Shown here: positions 10,057-20,282 of the stretch, piece by piece
How positions within the stretch are numbered: the stretch's first letter is position 1
How the letters are laid out: each line of letters starts with the position of its first letter
Assembly (NCBI GenBank): GCA_021826685.1
Contig: JAKAYT010000004.1
Span: forward strand, 9,462 to 73,461
Direction: 5' to 3'
Origin: Thermoplasmata archaeon
GTDB taxonomy: Archaea > Thermoplasmatota > Thermoplasmata > Lutacidiplasmatales > UBA184
Length of the DNA stretch: 64,000 nt
Notes under the pieces: model-generated
Databases searched by the model: none
What the model saw: the letters and a program-made list of their open reading frames with translations, nothing else
Told to the model about the DNA's origin: nothing
Made by a program: the position numbers and the translations under genes

Positions 10057-11766
10057 TCAGTACGTCGAGCGCTCGCGGTAGCGACCGTAGACATCCTGGA
10101 AGGCCCGGACGATCTCTCCGAGCGTCGCGCGCGCCTTCAGCGCGTCGAGCACGGCCGGCATCGTGTTCTCTCGCTCGGTCTCGGCGACGCGCCGGAGCCG
10201 GTCGAGCGCCGCGGCGTGGCGCGACGGGTTGCGGCGGCTCCGCAGCGCGGTCAGCCGGCGGGCCTGATCGCGCCGTGCGGCTTCCGAGATCTTGAGGCGC
10301 GGAACGCGCACCGGCTCGTCGATGGTGTACGCGTTCACGCCGACGACCTTCGCCTCGCCCCGCTCCACCGCGCGCTGATAGCGGAACGAGGACTCCTGGA
10401 TCTCGCGTTGGAAGAACCCGCGGTCGATCGCCGCGACGACGCCGCCCATCTCGTCGATCCGGTCGAAGTAACGGAAGGCCTCTTCCTCCATCCGGTCGGT
10501 CAACCACTCGACGTAATAGCTTCCCCCGAATGGGTCGATTGCCTTCGGGACCCCGCTTTCGTGCGCCAAGATCTGCTGCGTCCGCAGCGCGATGCGCACC
10601 GCGTCCTCGCTGGGCAGCTGCAGCGCCTCGTCGTAGGAGTTCGTGTGCAGCGACTGGGTCCCCCCGATCACGCCCGCGAGCGCCTGGATGGTGGTCCGCA
10701 CGATGTTGAGCTCGGGCTGTTGGGCCGTGCACGAGCACCCGGCCGTCTGGGTATGGAAGCGCATCCACCACGAGCGCTCGTTCTTCGCGCCGAAGCGATC
10801 GCGCATCACGGTCGCCCAGACTCGGCGCGCGGCGCGGAACTTCGCGATCTCCTCGAAGAAGTCGTTGTGGGAATTGAAAAAGAAGCTCAGGCGAGGAGCG
10901 AAATCATCGACCGGGATCCCGCGGGCGCGCGTCGCCTCGACGTACGCGATCCCATCCGCGAGCGTGAACGCAAGCTCCTGTACTGCGGTGGACCCCGCTT
11001 CGCGGATGTGGTAGCCCGAGATCGACACCGGGTTCCACTGGGGCATCTCTCGGGTCGCGAACTCGATGGTGTCGACGACGAGTCGGAGCGCGGGCGCGGG
11101 GGGGTACAGAAATTCCTTTTGGGCGGTGTACTCCTTCAGGATGTCGTTCTGCGTCGTGCCACCCAGCCGGGCGCGAGGCACGTGCGCAGCTTCCGCGCTG
11201 AGGACGTACATGCCCCAGATGATGTTCGCAGGTCCGTTGATCGTCATGCTGGTCGTGACGCGGTCGAGGGGCACGCCACGCAGAAGGCGCCGCATGTCCT
11301 CGAGGGAGCTCACGCTCACTCCGCACTTTCCGACCTCTCCGAGCGCCTCCGGGTCATCCGCATCGATCCCGTACAGCGTGGGGTCGTCGAAGGCGATCGA
11401 GAGGCCCGATTCACCGTGGGACAGCAGGTAGCGGAACCGCCGGTTCGTGTCTTCGGGGGTCCCGAATCCGGAGAACATCCGCATCGACCACAGGCGGCTG
11501 CGATACATCGTCGGGTGGATGCCGCGGGTGAACGGGTACTCGCCCGGCATCCCGAGACGCGACGGATCGCTCGAACCGGGAAGATACAGGCGATCGACCG
11601 GGATGCCCCCCATGGTGGCGAACGCGTCCCGACGCTCCGGGGACCTGGCCAGCGCGGGGCCCAGAACCTCCGCCTCCCACCGGGCGCGGGCGCTCGCGAT
11701 GCGGCCGTGCTCGGGAGCGCGGTCGTACGCGCCGGAGGGTTCCGGTCTCGGGCGGCTCGCGGCCAT
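10057..11766 (-). CDS. methylmalonyl-CoA mutase, large catalytic (TIM-barrel) subunit; no B12-binding domain in this ORF
   Basis: [39 protein letters not shown] and TAQQPELN motifs characteristic of the MCM N-terminal domain. Confidence 0.9.
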   Translation of the reverse strand: MAASRPRPEPSGAYDRAPEHGRIASARARWEAEVLGPALARSPERRDAFATMGGIPVDRLYLPGSSDPSRLGMPGEYPFTRGIHPTMYRSRLWSMRMFSGFGTPEDTNRRFRYLLSHGESGLSIAFDDPTLYGIDADDPEALGEVGKCGVSVSSLEDMRRLLRGVPLDRVTTSMTINGPANIIWGMYVLSAEAAHVPRARLGGTTQNDILKEYTAQKEFLYPPAPALRLVVDTIEFATREMPQWNPVSISGYHIREAGSTAVQELAFTLADGIAYVEATRARGIPVDDFAPRLSFFFNSHNDFFEEIAKFRAARRVWATVMRDRFGAKNERSWWMRFHTQTAGCSCTAQQPELNIVRTTIQALAGVIGGTQSLHTNSYDEALQLPSEDAVRIALRTQQILAHESGVPKAIDPFGGSYYVEWLTDRMEEEAFRYFDRIDEMGGVVAAIDRGFFQREIQESSFRYQRAVERGEAKVVGVNAYTIDEPVRVPRLKISEAARRDQARRLTALRSRRNPSRHAAALDRLRRVAETERENTMPAVLDALKARATLGEIVRAFQDVYGRYRERSTY

Positions 11767-11829
11767 CGGTATCCGAGGCCCTCCGCGGGACTTAAACTTC
11801 CCGGGAGCGCCCTCGGCCTGCGCCTTGGG

Positions 11830-12627
11830 TCAGTTTGCGATGGCGCCCGACTCGGGTACCACCAAGCCCACCAAGTCGCTATGACCCCGCCGCCAGACCC
11901 TCGCCCCAACCCGCCGAGCGAACCGGGGGAACGCTTGCCCGGTCCAGACCGTGTTGTCGGCGAGCACGATCGCGCCCGGAGAGAGGCGGGGGGCCACGGT
12001 GGCGAGCTCGAAGGCGAGGTGGCCCGGAGTGTGACGGCTATCGTGCAGGAAGAGGCCGATGGACGGCAGCGACCGGACGAGTCGCGGGAGCAAATCCTCG
12101 CTCGGCCCGATTCGGAGGTCCCAGCCGGCCCGTAGCGCCTCGGGGACGGCCCAACCGCTCCTGCGCCCGGCCGGCAAGGCGACCGGGGTCTCTCTCGCTC
12201 CGAGCGTGGGGCCCCGCTGAGGCGTCGGGAGGTCGATCGAGTGGAGCACCCCCCGGCGGTTTCGCCTCAGGGCCAGCAGGATGTGGGCGCTGGAGACCCC
12301 GCTGCTGACGCCGGTCTCGACCACATGGTCCGGGCGGGTCGATCGAACGAGGGCATAGAGTTCGAGCGGAGCTCGGAACTGAGCATAGTTCGCCCGCCCC
12401 CCTTCGAGGTGCCGTCGACGGATGGCCCGATCCACTCCGGCGAAAGTGGAGGATTCCGCGAGAATGTCGCGGACGGCGCGAGGGGGCCTTCCGAGCAACT
12501 GCGAAAGCCATCGCACGTTCGGTCTCGCGCGGGGATCTCCGAGCCGGCGAGCGGCGGCCGCCCCCGGGACCGCGTGTCGTCCCGTCGTTCCCACCCGGGT
12601 CATCGGCGGGCGATATCGCCAGGGCAT
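11830..12627 (-). CDS. class I SAM-dependent methyltransferase (Methyltransf_24 / cephalosporin-hydroxylase-like fold)
   Basis: VVETGVSSGVSS glycine-rich SAM loop, and LFLHDSRHT / IVLADN segments. High GC3. Alternative ATG at 12603. Confidence 0.7.
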   Translation of the reverse strand: MPWRYRPPMTRVGTTGRHAVPGAAAARRLGDPRARPNVRWLSQLLGRPPRAVRDILAESSTFAGVDRAIRRRHLEGGRANYAQFRAPLELYALVRSTRPDHVVETGVSSGVSSAHILLALRRNRRGVLHSIDLPTPQRGPTLGARETPVALPAGRRSGWAVPEALRAGWDLRIGPSEDLLPRLVRSLPSIGLFLHDSRHTPGHLAFELATVAPRLSPGAIVLADNTVWTGQAFPRFARRVGARVWRRGHSDLVGLVVPESGAIAN

Positions 12628-12633
12628 TTGGAC

Positions 12634-13329
12634 TCAACCCACCGGGACCCCGTGCGGAACGAGATGGGCAGCTTCGACGGCCCATCGGGCCCATGCCCCG
12701 CGGCGCTCGATCCTCGCGCGATCGAACGACAGGCGCGAGCGCCAGAACGGCGCATCTACCACGAGCGTTTCGTATTCTCCTCCTTCCCCGGCCGGATGCA
12801 CCGCCGCACGGGAACGGGACAGGGCCGTGAGGCGTCGCGCCCGATCGGCATCGAGCCGCTCGCCCAGCCAATCCTCCCCGAGCGCTTCCGCCGCCACCTG
12901 CACGAGGCGGATCTCCAGCCCGGCCGCAATCTCCTCCGCGACCACGCGCCGGGGGTCGACCCGCCACAAGGGGGCGTAGACCCGTCGCCCGACGGCCTGG
13001 GCCGCTCTCAGCACGCGGGACCATTGGAAGGAAGAGGCGATCGCTCCCACCGAGACTGGGCCGCGGCCCCCCCCGCGCATCGCGTCCTCGAGCGCCCGGG
13101 TCTCCGCCTCCGCGTCCCCGGGTGCGACCGGATGGACGCGCAGCGCCTTGCCCCACGCCTCGGCCTGCCAACGCACGAGATCGAGGTTCGGAGTATGGAA
13201 CATCCACGAATCCGGATCCTCGGGTCTCATCACGAGGAGTTCGTGGACCGGCCACCCTTGGCACTCCGCGAGATAGGCCGCGTAGATCGAGTCCTTCCCG
13301 CCCGAAACGAGGGCCGTGGTGCGTTCCAT
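12634..13329 (-). CDS. Dph6-like (MJ0570 family) PP-loop ATPase, probable diphthine--ammonia ligase
   Basis: ALVSGGKDS PP-loop and GEGGEYETLV motif. The ATG at 13329 lies 14 nt below the purL stop. The upstream 70 codons of the track ORF overlap purL. Confidence 0.8.
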   Translation of the reverse strand: MERTTALVSGGKDSIYAAYLAECQGWPVHELLVMRPEDPDSWMFHTPNLDLVRWQAEAWGKALRVHPVAPGDAEAETRALEDAMRGGGRGPVSVGAIASSFQWSRVLRAAQAVGRRVYAPLWRVDPRRVVAEEIAAGLEIRLVQVAAEALGEDWLGERLDADRARRLTALSRSRAAVHPAGEGGEYETLVVDAPFWRSRLSFDRARIERRGAWARWAVEAAHLVPHGVPVG

Positions 13330-13343
13330 CCTCGACCGATGCC

Positions 13344-15671
13344 TCACTTCGCCGCGGGCGAACCCGGTCCTTCGCGCCAATGCGCGTACAGGGACGGGAG
13401 GTCGAGGCTCGCCCGGGTCTCCGATCCCCACGCCAGGCGCGCGGATCCCGCGGTGACGCTTCCCAGCCGGATCCAGGATCGGCGGCCAAACAGAGCCGAC
13501 AGTCTCGCGGTCTCGTCCGGGCGAACCTCGACGATCCATCGAGAGCCACCCTCGGCGGCGAGGGCCCGCGCGGCCGTCGCGAGGCCCAGGTTCTCCAGGT
13601 CAACGTCGAACCCGAGGCCGCCTCCGAACGCCATTTCGGCCAGGCAGACTGCGAGGCCACCGTCCGACACATCGTGGACGGCGCGGACGGCTCCGGAGCG
13701 GATCGCCCGGAGCAGGCGTTCCCCGTCCTCTCTCAGCCCGAGCGGATCGGTCGGGGGGAGAGGTGCGTTCGCGACCGCGTTGCTACGCGCCCACAGCGAA
13801 CCGCCGAGCTCGGGGCGGTTCGGGCCGAGCACGAAGAGCGGGTCCGAGGCGGACTTAAGATCGCTCGTGGCCGCGCGACGGAGGTCATCGACGATCCCGG
13901 TTGCCATCACCACCGGGGTCGGCAGGATCTCGCGGCCGATGCCCCCGTTGTACAGGCTCACGTTCCCGGAGGGTACCGCGAGGCCGAGCGCGCGGGCGCC
14001 GGCCGCGAGGCCCCGGACGACCCGATCGAAGTCTCCCAGCACGCGAGGGTCCTCGGGGTTCCCAAAGTTGAGGCAGTTCGTGAACGCGTCGGGCCGAGCT
14101 CCGACGGCATACAGGTTTCGAGCGGCCTCCTCGACCACCGCGATGCCGCCCGCGTACGGATCCTCTCGACAGAACCACGGCGCCGTGGCCACCGTCACCG
14201 CCAGTCCGCGGTAGCTCTCGGCTCGAGGGCGAAGAACGGCGGCATCGCCGTGGGAGGGAGACTGCGGGCGACCGTGGAGCGGTCGAATCGAGGTGCGTCC
14301 TTGGACCTCGTGATCATACATGCGGATGACCCCCTCGCGAGATCTCGATGCGGGGTCGAGGACGAGTCGCTCGAAGAGGCCCCGCAGATCCGCGTCCGCC
14401 GGGCCCGCGTCCCGCCGACGAACGCTTCTCCGCGGTCGGATCGGTCGGCGTCGCGTCGGGGGATCCACCCGGAAGGAGAGCCGCAAGCGCGCGGCGGGAC
14501 CGTCCTCGTACCGGATCTCCTCGTACGGGCTCCGTATCACGCTCCCGATGTCGGTGGCGGGGACGTCGTATTGGTCGAAGATGTCCAGCACACGGTCGAC
14601 GTGTCGGGGGGAAACATCCAGGATCATGCGCTCCTGGGATTCGCTGATCCAAATCTCCCACGGGAGCAGTCCTGCCTCCCGCCGCGGAACCTTCGCGAGA
14701 TCGATCGATTGGCCGAATCCACCGGCGTAGACAAGCTCGCCCGAGGCTGTCGCGAGACCGCCACCACCGAGGTCTTTCATCCCCGCGATCAGCCCCTCAT
14801 CCGCGGCTTCGAGGCACGCGTGGATTAGCGGCTCCTTCATGATCGGGTTCCCCAGCTGGACCGCGCCGCGCGACTCGGACTCGCTGCGCGGGGTGAGCTC
14901 GCGCGACGCGAACGCGACGCCGCCGATGCCGTCGCGGCCGGTCCGTCCCCCCGCGAGGATCAAGCGATCCCCCGCCCGTCGAGCGCGGTTGGGTATCAGG
15001 CGGCGGCGAGGAAGGAAGCCGACACATCCTACGTTCACGAGAGGGTTGACCGTGTAGCAAGGATCGAGATAGATCCCCCCGCTCACCGTGGGGACGCCGA
15101 CCCGGTTTCCATAGTCCCGGATGCCGGCTACGACTCCGGAGAACAGGTACTCGGGCGTGCGAACCCCCGTCGGCACCCGGTCGGCTACCGTGTCCAGCGG
15201 GCCAAAGAAGAGCGGGTCCGCGAGACCGATCGGCTTTCCTCCCACGGCGAGGACATCCCGTAGGATGCCCCCGATCCCCGTGGCGGCCCCGCCGTACGGC
15301 TCCACCGCGGACGGGTGATTGTGCGACTCGATGCGCAGCGCGTAGGCGAACCCCGCGTCGAAGCGCATCACGCCCGCATCGCCGGTCCCGAGGACTCGCG
15401 CGTTCGCGCGGAGCGGCCCGAAGTGACGGCGCAGGAACGGTCGGCTCGTCTTGTAGCTGCAGTGCTCGCTCCAGCTCTGCGCCAAACCCGCGAGCTCGAC
15501 GTCCGTGGGATCACGGTCGGCGTTGCGAAAGTAGCGCTGGATTCGGTCGAGTTCGATGGCGTCGAAGCCCCAGCTTCGTTCCCGGTTCGTCCGCACTAGG
15601 CTCGCTCGCGAGGCCTTCCGAACGGGGATCGACGAGACCCCGGGGCTCCAGTCGAGCTCCGACGCCGTCAT
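13344..15671 (-). CDS. purL: phosphoribosylformylglycinamidine synthase subunit PurL
   Basis: 775 aa. QSWSEHCSYKTS, NHPSAVEPYGGAATG and DVSDGGL motifs. Confidence 0.95.
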   Translation of the reverse strand: MTASELDWSPGVSSIPVRKASRASLVRTNRERSWGFDAIELDRIQRYFRNADRDPTDVELAGLAQSWSEHCSYKTSRPFLRRHFGPLRANARVLGTGDAGVMRFDAGFAYALRIESHNHPSAVEPYGGAATGIGGILRDVLAVGGKPIGLADPLFFGPLDTVADRVPTGVRTPEYLFSGVVAGIRDYGNRVGVPTVSGGIYLDPCYTVNPLVNVGCVGFLPRRRLIPNRARRAGDRLILAGGRTGRDGIGGVAFASRELTPRSESESRGAVQLGNPIMKEPLIHACLEAADEGLIAGMKDLGGGGLATASGELVYAGGFGQSIDLAKVPRREAGLLPWEIWISESQERMILDVSPRHVDRVLDIFDQYDVPATDIGSVIRSPYEEIRYEDGPAARLRLSFRVDPPTRRRPIRPRRSVRRRDAGPADADLRGLFERLVLDPASRSREGVIRMYDHEVQGRTSIRPLHGRPQSPSHGDAAVLRPRAESYRGLAVTVATAPWFCREDPYAGGIAVVEEAARNLYAVGARPDAFTNCLNFGNPEDPRVLGDFDRVVRGLAAGARALGLAVPSGNVSLYNGGIGREILPTPVVMATGIVDDLRRAATSDLKSASDPLFVLGPNRPELGGSLWARSNAVANAPLPPTDPLGLREDGERLLRAIRSGAVRAVHDVSDGGLAVCLAEMAFGGGLGFDVDLENLGLATAARALAAEGGSRWIVEVRPDETARLSALFGRRSWIRLGSVTAGSARLAWGSETRASLDLPSLYAHWREGPGSPAAK

Positions 15672-15676
15672 GTTCG

Positions 15677-15949
15677 CTAATCGGGCTGGGCCACGACGCG
15701 GACCGTATGGATCACCGGGTTCGCGAGCAGTCGATCGGCCGCTTCTTGGGCACGCGCCCGCGCGTCCTCCTCCGACAACCCTTCGAAGACGAGGTCGTAG
15801 ACCCGCGCGGTACGCACTTTCGGAGCGGGGCGGACGCCGAGGAGGCTCAACGACTTCTCGATATTCTCGGCTTCGGCGTCGAGCACTCCGGGCTTCAAGG
15901 CGACACGAACTTCCACCGTGACCGATGGTCGAGTCGGCGCTACCGCCAT
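15677..15949 (-). CDS. purS: phosphoribosylformylglycinamidine synthase subunit PurS
   Basis: 90 aa. VRVALKPGVLDAEAENIEKSL...ANPVIH pattern, directly upstream of purL. Confidence 0.9.
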   Translation of the reverse strand: MAVAPTRPSVTVEVRVALKPGVLDAEAENIEKSLSLLGVRPAPKVRTARVYDLVFEGLSEEDARARAQEAADRLLANPVIHTVRVVAQPD

Positions 15950-16116
15950 TCGCGGCGACGCGATGGGGCGGCCTCTCTTAAGGACCCGGACCCTGCGCGG
16001 TACACTCCAGCCCAGAGGAGAGGCGGAGACGATCTCGTTTCGAGGTTGGACGAAAGATTATGCGGAGTGGGCCCCCTGAAAGCCCGCCCTGGGGAAGGAT
16101 CGGGCGGGAACTTCGC

Positions 16117-19100
16117 ATGCGACCGGGGTCACGACGCGAAGGAATTCGTCCGTGGGCCGCGCTAGCCGCGGGCCTGATCGGAGTCCTTCTCGTGGGCAGC
16201 GGAGCTTCGCTCGTCGCCGGTGCCGCGTCGACGTCCGTCGGCGTTTCGGGCGGCGCGACAAGCCTTTCCCTATCGTCGTTGCTCGTGGCGCCTCGGCTGG
16301 AGGTTTCCCAACTCGCGGGGGGCCCGTCGGACCTCAGGCCCATCGCTCCGTACAACGGTAGCATCAGCGTCTTTGTGGCGTTTGCATTTTCGAACCAGTC
16401 CCAACTCGCCCATCTTCTCGAGCGCCTTTCAAACACTCCCGCGGGACCCGACCGCACGTATCTGACCGCGGCCCAATTCGACCGCGCGTTCGCCGCGAAC
16501 GCGAGCGCGTACGCAGCGGCGCGGGCGTACTTCGGCGCTCTGCGAGGGGTGAACATGACCACGTACGCCGATCGTTCCGGCGTTTTCCTGAGCGGGCCGG
16601 CGCCTACGATCGCGCGGGCTTTCGGTGTCCGCATCGCGGAGTACTACCAGCCGAGCCGGGGCTCGTACTACGCCGTGATAGGAGCGCCGACACTTCCCGC
16701 GCCGATCGCCTCGTCGGTGATCCAGGTGACCGGACTGTCGGATTACGTGGCGTACCACAGCGACATCGCGTCAAGGGCAAACCTCGGAGCTGCGGAAGCG
16801 CCGGTCCGGTTCGACGGCTATCCGGTGCCGAACGAGACCGCGGGCGCGCAGCTGCTCTACGGGTCGGACCTGCAGGTCGCCTACGACGAGCAGGCGCTCC
16901 TGAACATATCGGATGCGAGCGACGAAGTGGTCGCGACGATCCTGTGGGCGGGCTGCAGCGTCAATACCACGGCCAGTTGCCCCACGAACGATCTTACCGC
17001 GCCGTTCGATCCGTCCGACGTCTACGCCTACTTCAACGACACCATCCCCGCGGGCGAGTCGCATGCCACGGTGTACGGAGTTCCCTTGAATGGCGCCCCG
17101 CCGCCCGGGCCTTCGGCCGCTTTGGACCAGTCGGGTGCGGTCGTGGAGAACTCCCTCGATCTCGAGATGGTCGGCAGCACTGCGCCCGGCGCACAAATCT
17201 ACAACGTCTACGGTACCAACTCCGGGGTGTCCGAAACGGACAACGCGATGGCGTCCATCCTGAACCCGCCAGCCGGATCCCCGCTCGAGAACGTTCAGGT
17301 GGTCTCGAACTCGTGGGGAGGCCCCGATGAAGTGAACGCTGCCTGGAGCCAGGACATGGAGGAGGCGGCGGCTCGCGGAATCACGGTCCTCGCGGCGACG
17401 GGAGATTCGGGAGACAATACCGAATCCACGAGCTACCTCGGCACCACGGTCGAGTTCCCCTCCACGGTCGCCTACAACACCTACGGCGTCATAGCGGTCG
17501 GTGGCACTACCCTCCGGTTGGATCTCCAGCACGGGGCCAATTATCTTCACATGCTCAACCAGACGGCATGGTACGACGTCAATGCCGATGGTGGCACGAA
17601 CGTTCTTGGGAGCACGGGAGGCACGAGTTCCCTATACTCCGAACCCTCGTGGCAGGCGAACTCCGAAGCCAACTCCTACATCGTCTCCTATGCGAGCCAG
17701 CACGAGGCTACGAGCGGCCAGCGCGGCGTGCCGGACGTCGCGGCGATCGCGAACAATACCTACGTGTTCTACCCGACCCCGGGCGGACGTCCCACGCTCG
17801 GGGCGGTCGCCGGGACCTCCGTCGCCGCGCCGGTCACCGCGGGGCTCGTCGCGGAGATCGACGCGGTCCTCGGCCGGTACGGTCAACCTCCGCTCGGGTT
17901 CGCCGATCCCGCGATCTATCAGTGGGCGAACGAGTACGATCAGACACCGCCTCCGCTTGCCAATGGTGGCGCGACGGGAACAGATCCCGTGGGCTCTTGG
18001 ACCTCCATGTTGCCGAGTTCCCCCGTATCGTTCATCACGAGCGGACACAACCTCCTCTTCCCCGCCCAGGCCGGATATAGCCTCGTCACGGGATGGGGAT
18101 CTCTCGACGCGTACAACTTCACCGCGTATCTCCTCGACGATAACTACTCAGGATCGGGGTTCGCGCTCAACGGAGTCGGCGCCCAACTCTCCCTATCGGG
18201 GCTCTCCGTATACAGCCGCGGAGGGAGCTACAACGCGTCGGTCCAGTTGAACGCCGTCATCGCGAACAGCTTGGGAGCGCCGCTCTACTGGGTCCAGAAC
18301 GTGATCTATCTCAACGCGACGTCGGGTGGAGCGTGGGCCGCAAATTACACCGGCTGGATCTCCTACCCCTATTTTGGCCTCTATCCGGGAGCGACGATCT
18401 ACACCTACGACTTCCCGGTATCGGGAACGACGATCGTGACCCCGAAGGTCTGGTCGATGACGATCTCGTTGTCCGGCAGCGGAGCCGGTCGGACGCTCAC
18501 CTTCGGTGTCAACGGCCAGGTCCTTTCGCTCTCCGTCCCGGGCGCTTCGTTCATCATCGCAGGGTACAACTACGATTACTTCTGGCAAGGGCAGGAGTTC
18601 ACGAATGGACCGTTTGCGAACAGCGCGTTTGCCGGCGACTCGGGAGGGCTCGACCCGCAGCTGGCCTTGGTGGGAGGACCTACCCTCGGACAGGGCATCT
18701 TCGGCCCTTCGACGACGGGCCAGCTGACGCTCACGGTCCAGGAGACCGGCCGATCGGCCTTCGTCGATGCGCCCGGCGCCGCGGCGATCCACGGGAGCGT
18801 GAGCCAGACCGGGGAGACGGCCACGAACCTGACCTGGGTCGGTAGCGGGTCGAACTGGAACGTTTCGTACGAGGCGGGCGCGAGCGACCAGGGAGTGGTC
18901 CTGTACAGCGTGCTCGATGCCGGGAACCCCGCGCTCGTCGGTTCGGCGAGGTACTCGGTCAATTTCACCGAGACCGGACTGCCGAGGGACTCGACCTGGA
19001 CCCTCGCTCTCGAGGGCTCGGGCGCCCCGCCGGCCATCACGTGCGTCGTGGGGAGCGTCGGAGCCGGTTGCAACGGAACGACGATCTCGTTCGAGCTCGG

Positions 19101-19905
19101 TAACGGGACCTTCAATTTCGAAACCTGGACCTTAAGCAACTACCTGCCTCGGACGGGTTCGGGCGCCCTGAGCGTTCACGGGGCCGCTCTCAACGAATCC
19201 GTCGAATTTGCCATGCCGCCCACCGGCGAGTACGTGATCACGTTCGAGGAGTCCGGACTTCCCCGCGGTACGATTTGGGCGGTCACCTCGATCGGACCCA
19301 CCGGCCCGGACAACGGTTCCTCCCCGGGTCCGGTCGTTCAGTTCCCCTTGGCCCCAGGTGCCTACCGGTATGCGGTGGCCCCCACCGCCGGCTACGCGGC
19401 GACTCCCGCCTTCGGATCGTTCCGCGTGGTGAACTCCACGCAGGTACTGTCGATCTCGTTCGCGCCGATGGGGTCGTCGGGTTCAACGTTCGCCGACCTA
19501 GGCTCGCTGTGTGTCGCCGAGACCTGCGGATTTCCGCTCATCTACCTGTTGGTGGGTATCGCGATCGTGGCCGGAGCGATCGCCGCAATAGGATCGCGGT
19601 TGAGCCGCCGGGCCGAACGCCGGGAGCGAACCGCGCGTGCGGCCCGGGCGACGGCCTCCCCACCGGTCGGTCCTTCCGACGCGGCGGTCCCATCCACCAC
19701 GTGGTCGCCTCCCGGCCTTCGTCACCCCGCCGAGCCCTCTTCGCCGGGCCGGGACCCGGAGCTGGCGGCTCCGGGATCGCCGCCTCCCGCGGACCCTCCC
19801 CTCTCCATCGTCTGCCCGACGTGCGGGTCCTCGATCCCGACCACGGCCCGATACTGCCCCTCCTGCGGGACGGCCGCTCCGCCCTCGGTCCCTCCGCACC
19901 GCTGA
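16117..19905 (+). CDS. secreted S53 (sedolisin/kumamolisin-like) serine peptidase with pro-domain, long beta-rich extension, C-terminal TM helix and cytosolic zinc-ribbon tail
   Basis: Signal/anchor WAALAAGLIGVLLVG. Pro-kumamolisin-like activation segment (TYLTAAQFDRAF...). Catalytic motifs ENSLDLEM, SNSWGG, ATGDSGD, AGTSVAAPVTAG. Many N-x-S/T sequons. TM LIYLLVGIAIVAGAIAAIG. Terminal CPTCGSSIPTTARYCPSCG. The track start at 16060 sits inside a TATA-like AAAGATTAT, so the ATG at 16117 is preferred. Confidence 0.85.
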   Translation: MRPGSRREGIRPWAALAAGLIGVLLVGSGASLVAGAASTSVGVSGGATSLSLSSLLVAPRLEVSQLAGGPSDLRPIAPYNGSISVFVAFAFSNQSQLAHLLERLSNTPAGPDRTYLTAAQFDRAFAANASAYAAARAYFGALRGVNMTTYADRSGVFLSGPAPTIARAFGVRIAEYYQPSRGSYYAVIGAPTLPAPIASSVIQVTGLSDYVAYHSDIASRANLGAAEAPVRFDGYPVPNETAGAQLLYGSDLQVAYDEQALLNISDASDEVVATILWAGCSVNTTASCPTNDLTAPFDPSDVYAYFNDTIPAGESHATVYGVPLNGAPPPGPSAALDQSGAVVENSLDLEMVGSTAPGAQIYNVYGTNSGVSETDNAMASILNPPAGSPLENVQVVSNSWGGPDEVNAAWSQDMEEAAARGITVLAATGDSGDNTESTSYLGTTVEFPSTVAYNTYGVIAVGGTTLRLDLQHGANYLHMLNQTAWYDVNADGGTNVLGSTGGTSSLYSEPSWQANSEANSYIVSYASQHEATSGQRGVPDVAAIANNTYVFYPTPGGRPTLGAVAGTSVAAPVTAGLVAEIDAVLGRYGQPPLGFADPAIYQWANEYDQTPPPLANGGATGTDPVGSWTSMLPSSPVSFITSGHNLLFPAQAGYSLVTGWGSLDAYNFTAYLLDDNYSGSGFALNGVGAQLSLSGLSVYSRGGSYNASVQLNAVIANSLGAPLYWVQNVIYLNATSGGAWAANYTGWISYPYFGLYPGATIYTYDFPVSGTTIVTPKVWSMTISLSGSGAGRTLTFGVNGQVLSLSVPGASFIIAGYNYDYFWQGQEFTNGPFANSAFAGDSGGLDPQLALVGGPTLGQGIFGPSTTGQLTLTVQETGRSAFVDAPGAAAIHGSVSQTGETATNLTWVGSGSNWNVSYEAGASDQGVVLYSVLDAGNPALVGSARYSVNFTETGLPRDSTWTLALEGSGAPPAITCVVGSVGAGCNGTTISFELGNGTFNFETWTLSNYLPRTGSGALSVHGAALNESVEFAMPPTGEYVITFEESGLPRGTIWAVTSIGPTGPDNGSSPGPVVQFPLAPGAYRYAVAPTAGYAATPAFGSFRVVNSTQVLSISFAPMGSSGSTFADLGSLCVAETCGFPLIYLLVGIAIVAGAIAAIGSRLSRRAERRERTARAARATASPPVGPSDAAVPSTTWSPPGLRHPAEPSSPGRDPELAAPGSPPPADPPLSIVCPTCGSSIPTTARYCPSCGTAAPPSVPPHR

Positions 19906-19987
19906 CGGATCGCGATCGTCCGCGCTCCGCCGGCCGCCGCCGGGTTTGCGGCGGGGGTGGGAGTCCGCGAACTCGCTCGCCGCTTAG

Positions 19988-19997
19988 CATATATAGG
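19988..19997 (+). promoter_or_regulatory. TATA box candidate (CATATATAGG) for the small ORF at 20038
   Basis: The only AT-rich block in a GC-rich spacer, centred about 45 nt upstream of the ATG at 20038. Confidence 0.45.
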
Positions 19998-20037
19998 GGT
20001 CCTTTTTCGAGTCGCCGGCTCGGGGGTCCGGCCACTG

Positions 20038-20211
20038 ATGGAGGAGCTCATTTGCAACGTAGAATTCCTCCGAAGCGGCTCGGAGACCGTCGCTCGGGTT
20101 TCGAGCGAAGCCGGCGGCGTTCGCGAGTACCACGCCCCGTCGAGCAACGCCGTCATCGACCAAGTGATCAACGACCTCCAAGAGGAGTTCGAGTCGAGCC
20201 CCGAGACGTAG
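20038..20211 (+). CDS. hypothetical small acidic protein (57 aa)
   Basis: ATG preceded by the TATA-like box. Third-codon positions are mostly G/C, as in neighbouring genes. Balanced composition (MEELICNVEFLRSG...DLQEEFESSPET). No family recognised. Confidence 0.5.
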   Translation: MEELICNVEFLRSGSETVARVSSEAGGVREYHAPSSNAVIDQVINDLQEEFESSPET

Positions 20212-20282
20212 GTCACGGGATTGAGGCTGGCATTCGCGGGGAGAGGAGCGGAGCGTCGCGTCCGAGCGTACGGAGGAACAGG

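Noticed and set aside
9787-12135. 782-aa plus-strand ORF across the folC-like, mutase and methyltransferase genes
   Set aside because: It is antisense to three motif-bearing genes, with low-complexity Arg/Asp/Pro composition.
12038-14828. ORFs 12038..13672 (-), 12241..14214 (+) and 13122..14828 (+)
   Set aside because: These are shadow frames of the methyltransferase, Dph6-like and purL genes. They contain no domains, and their composition is dominated by R/P/G/S.
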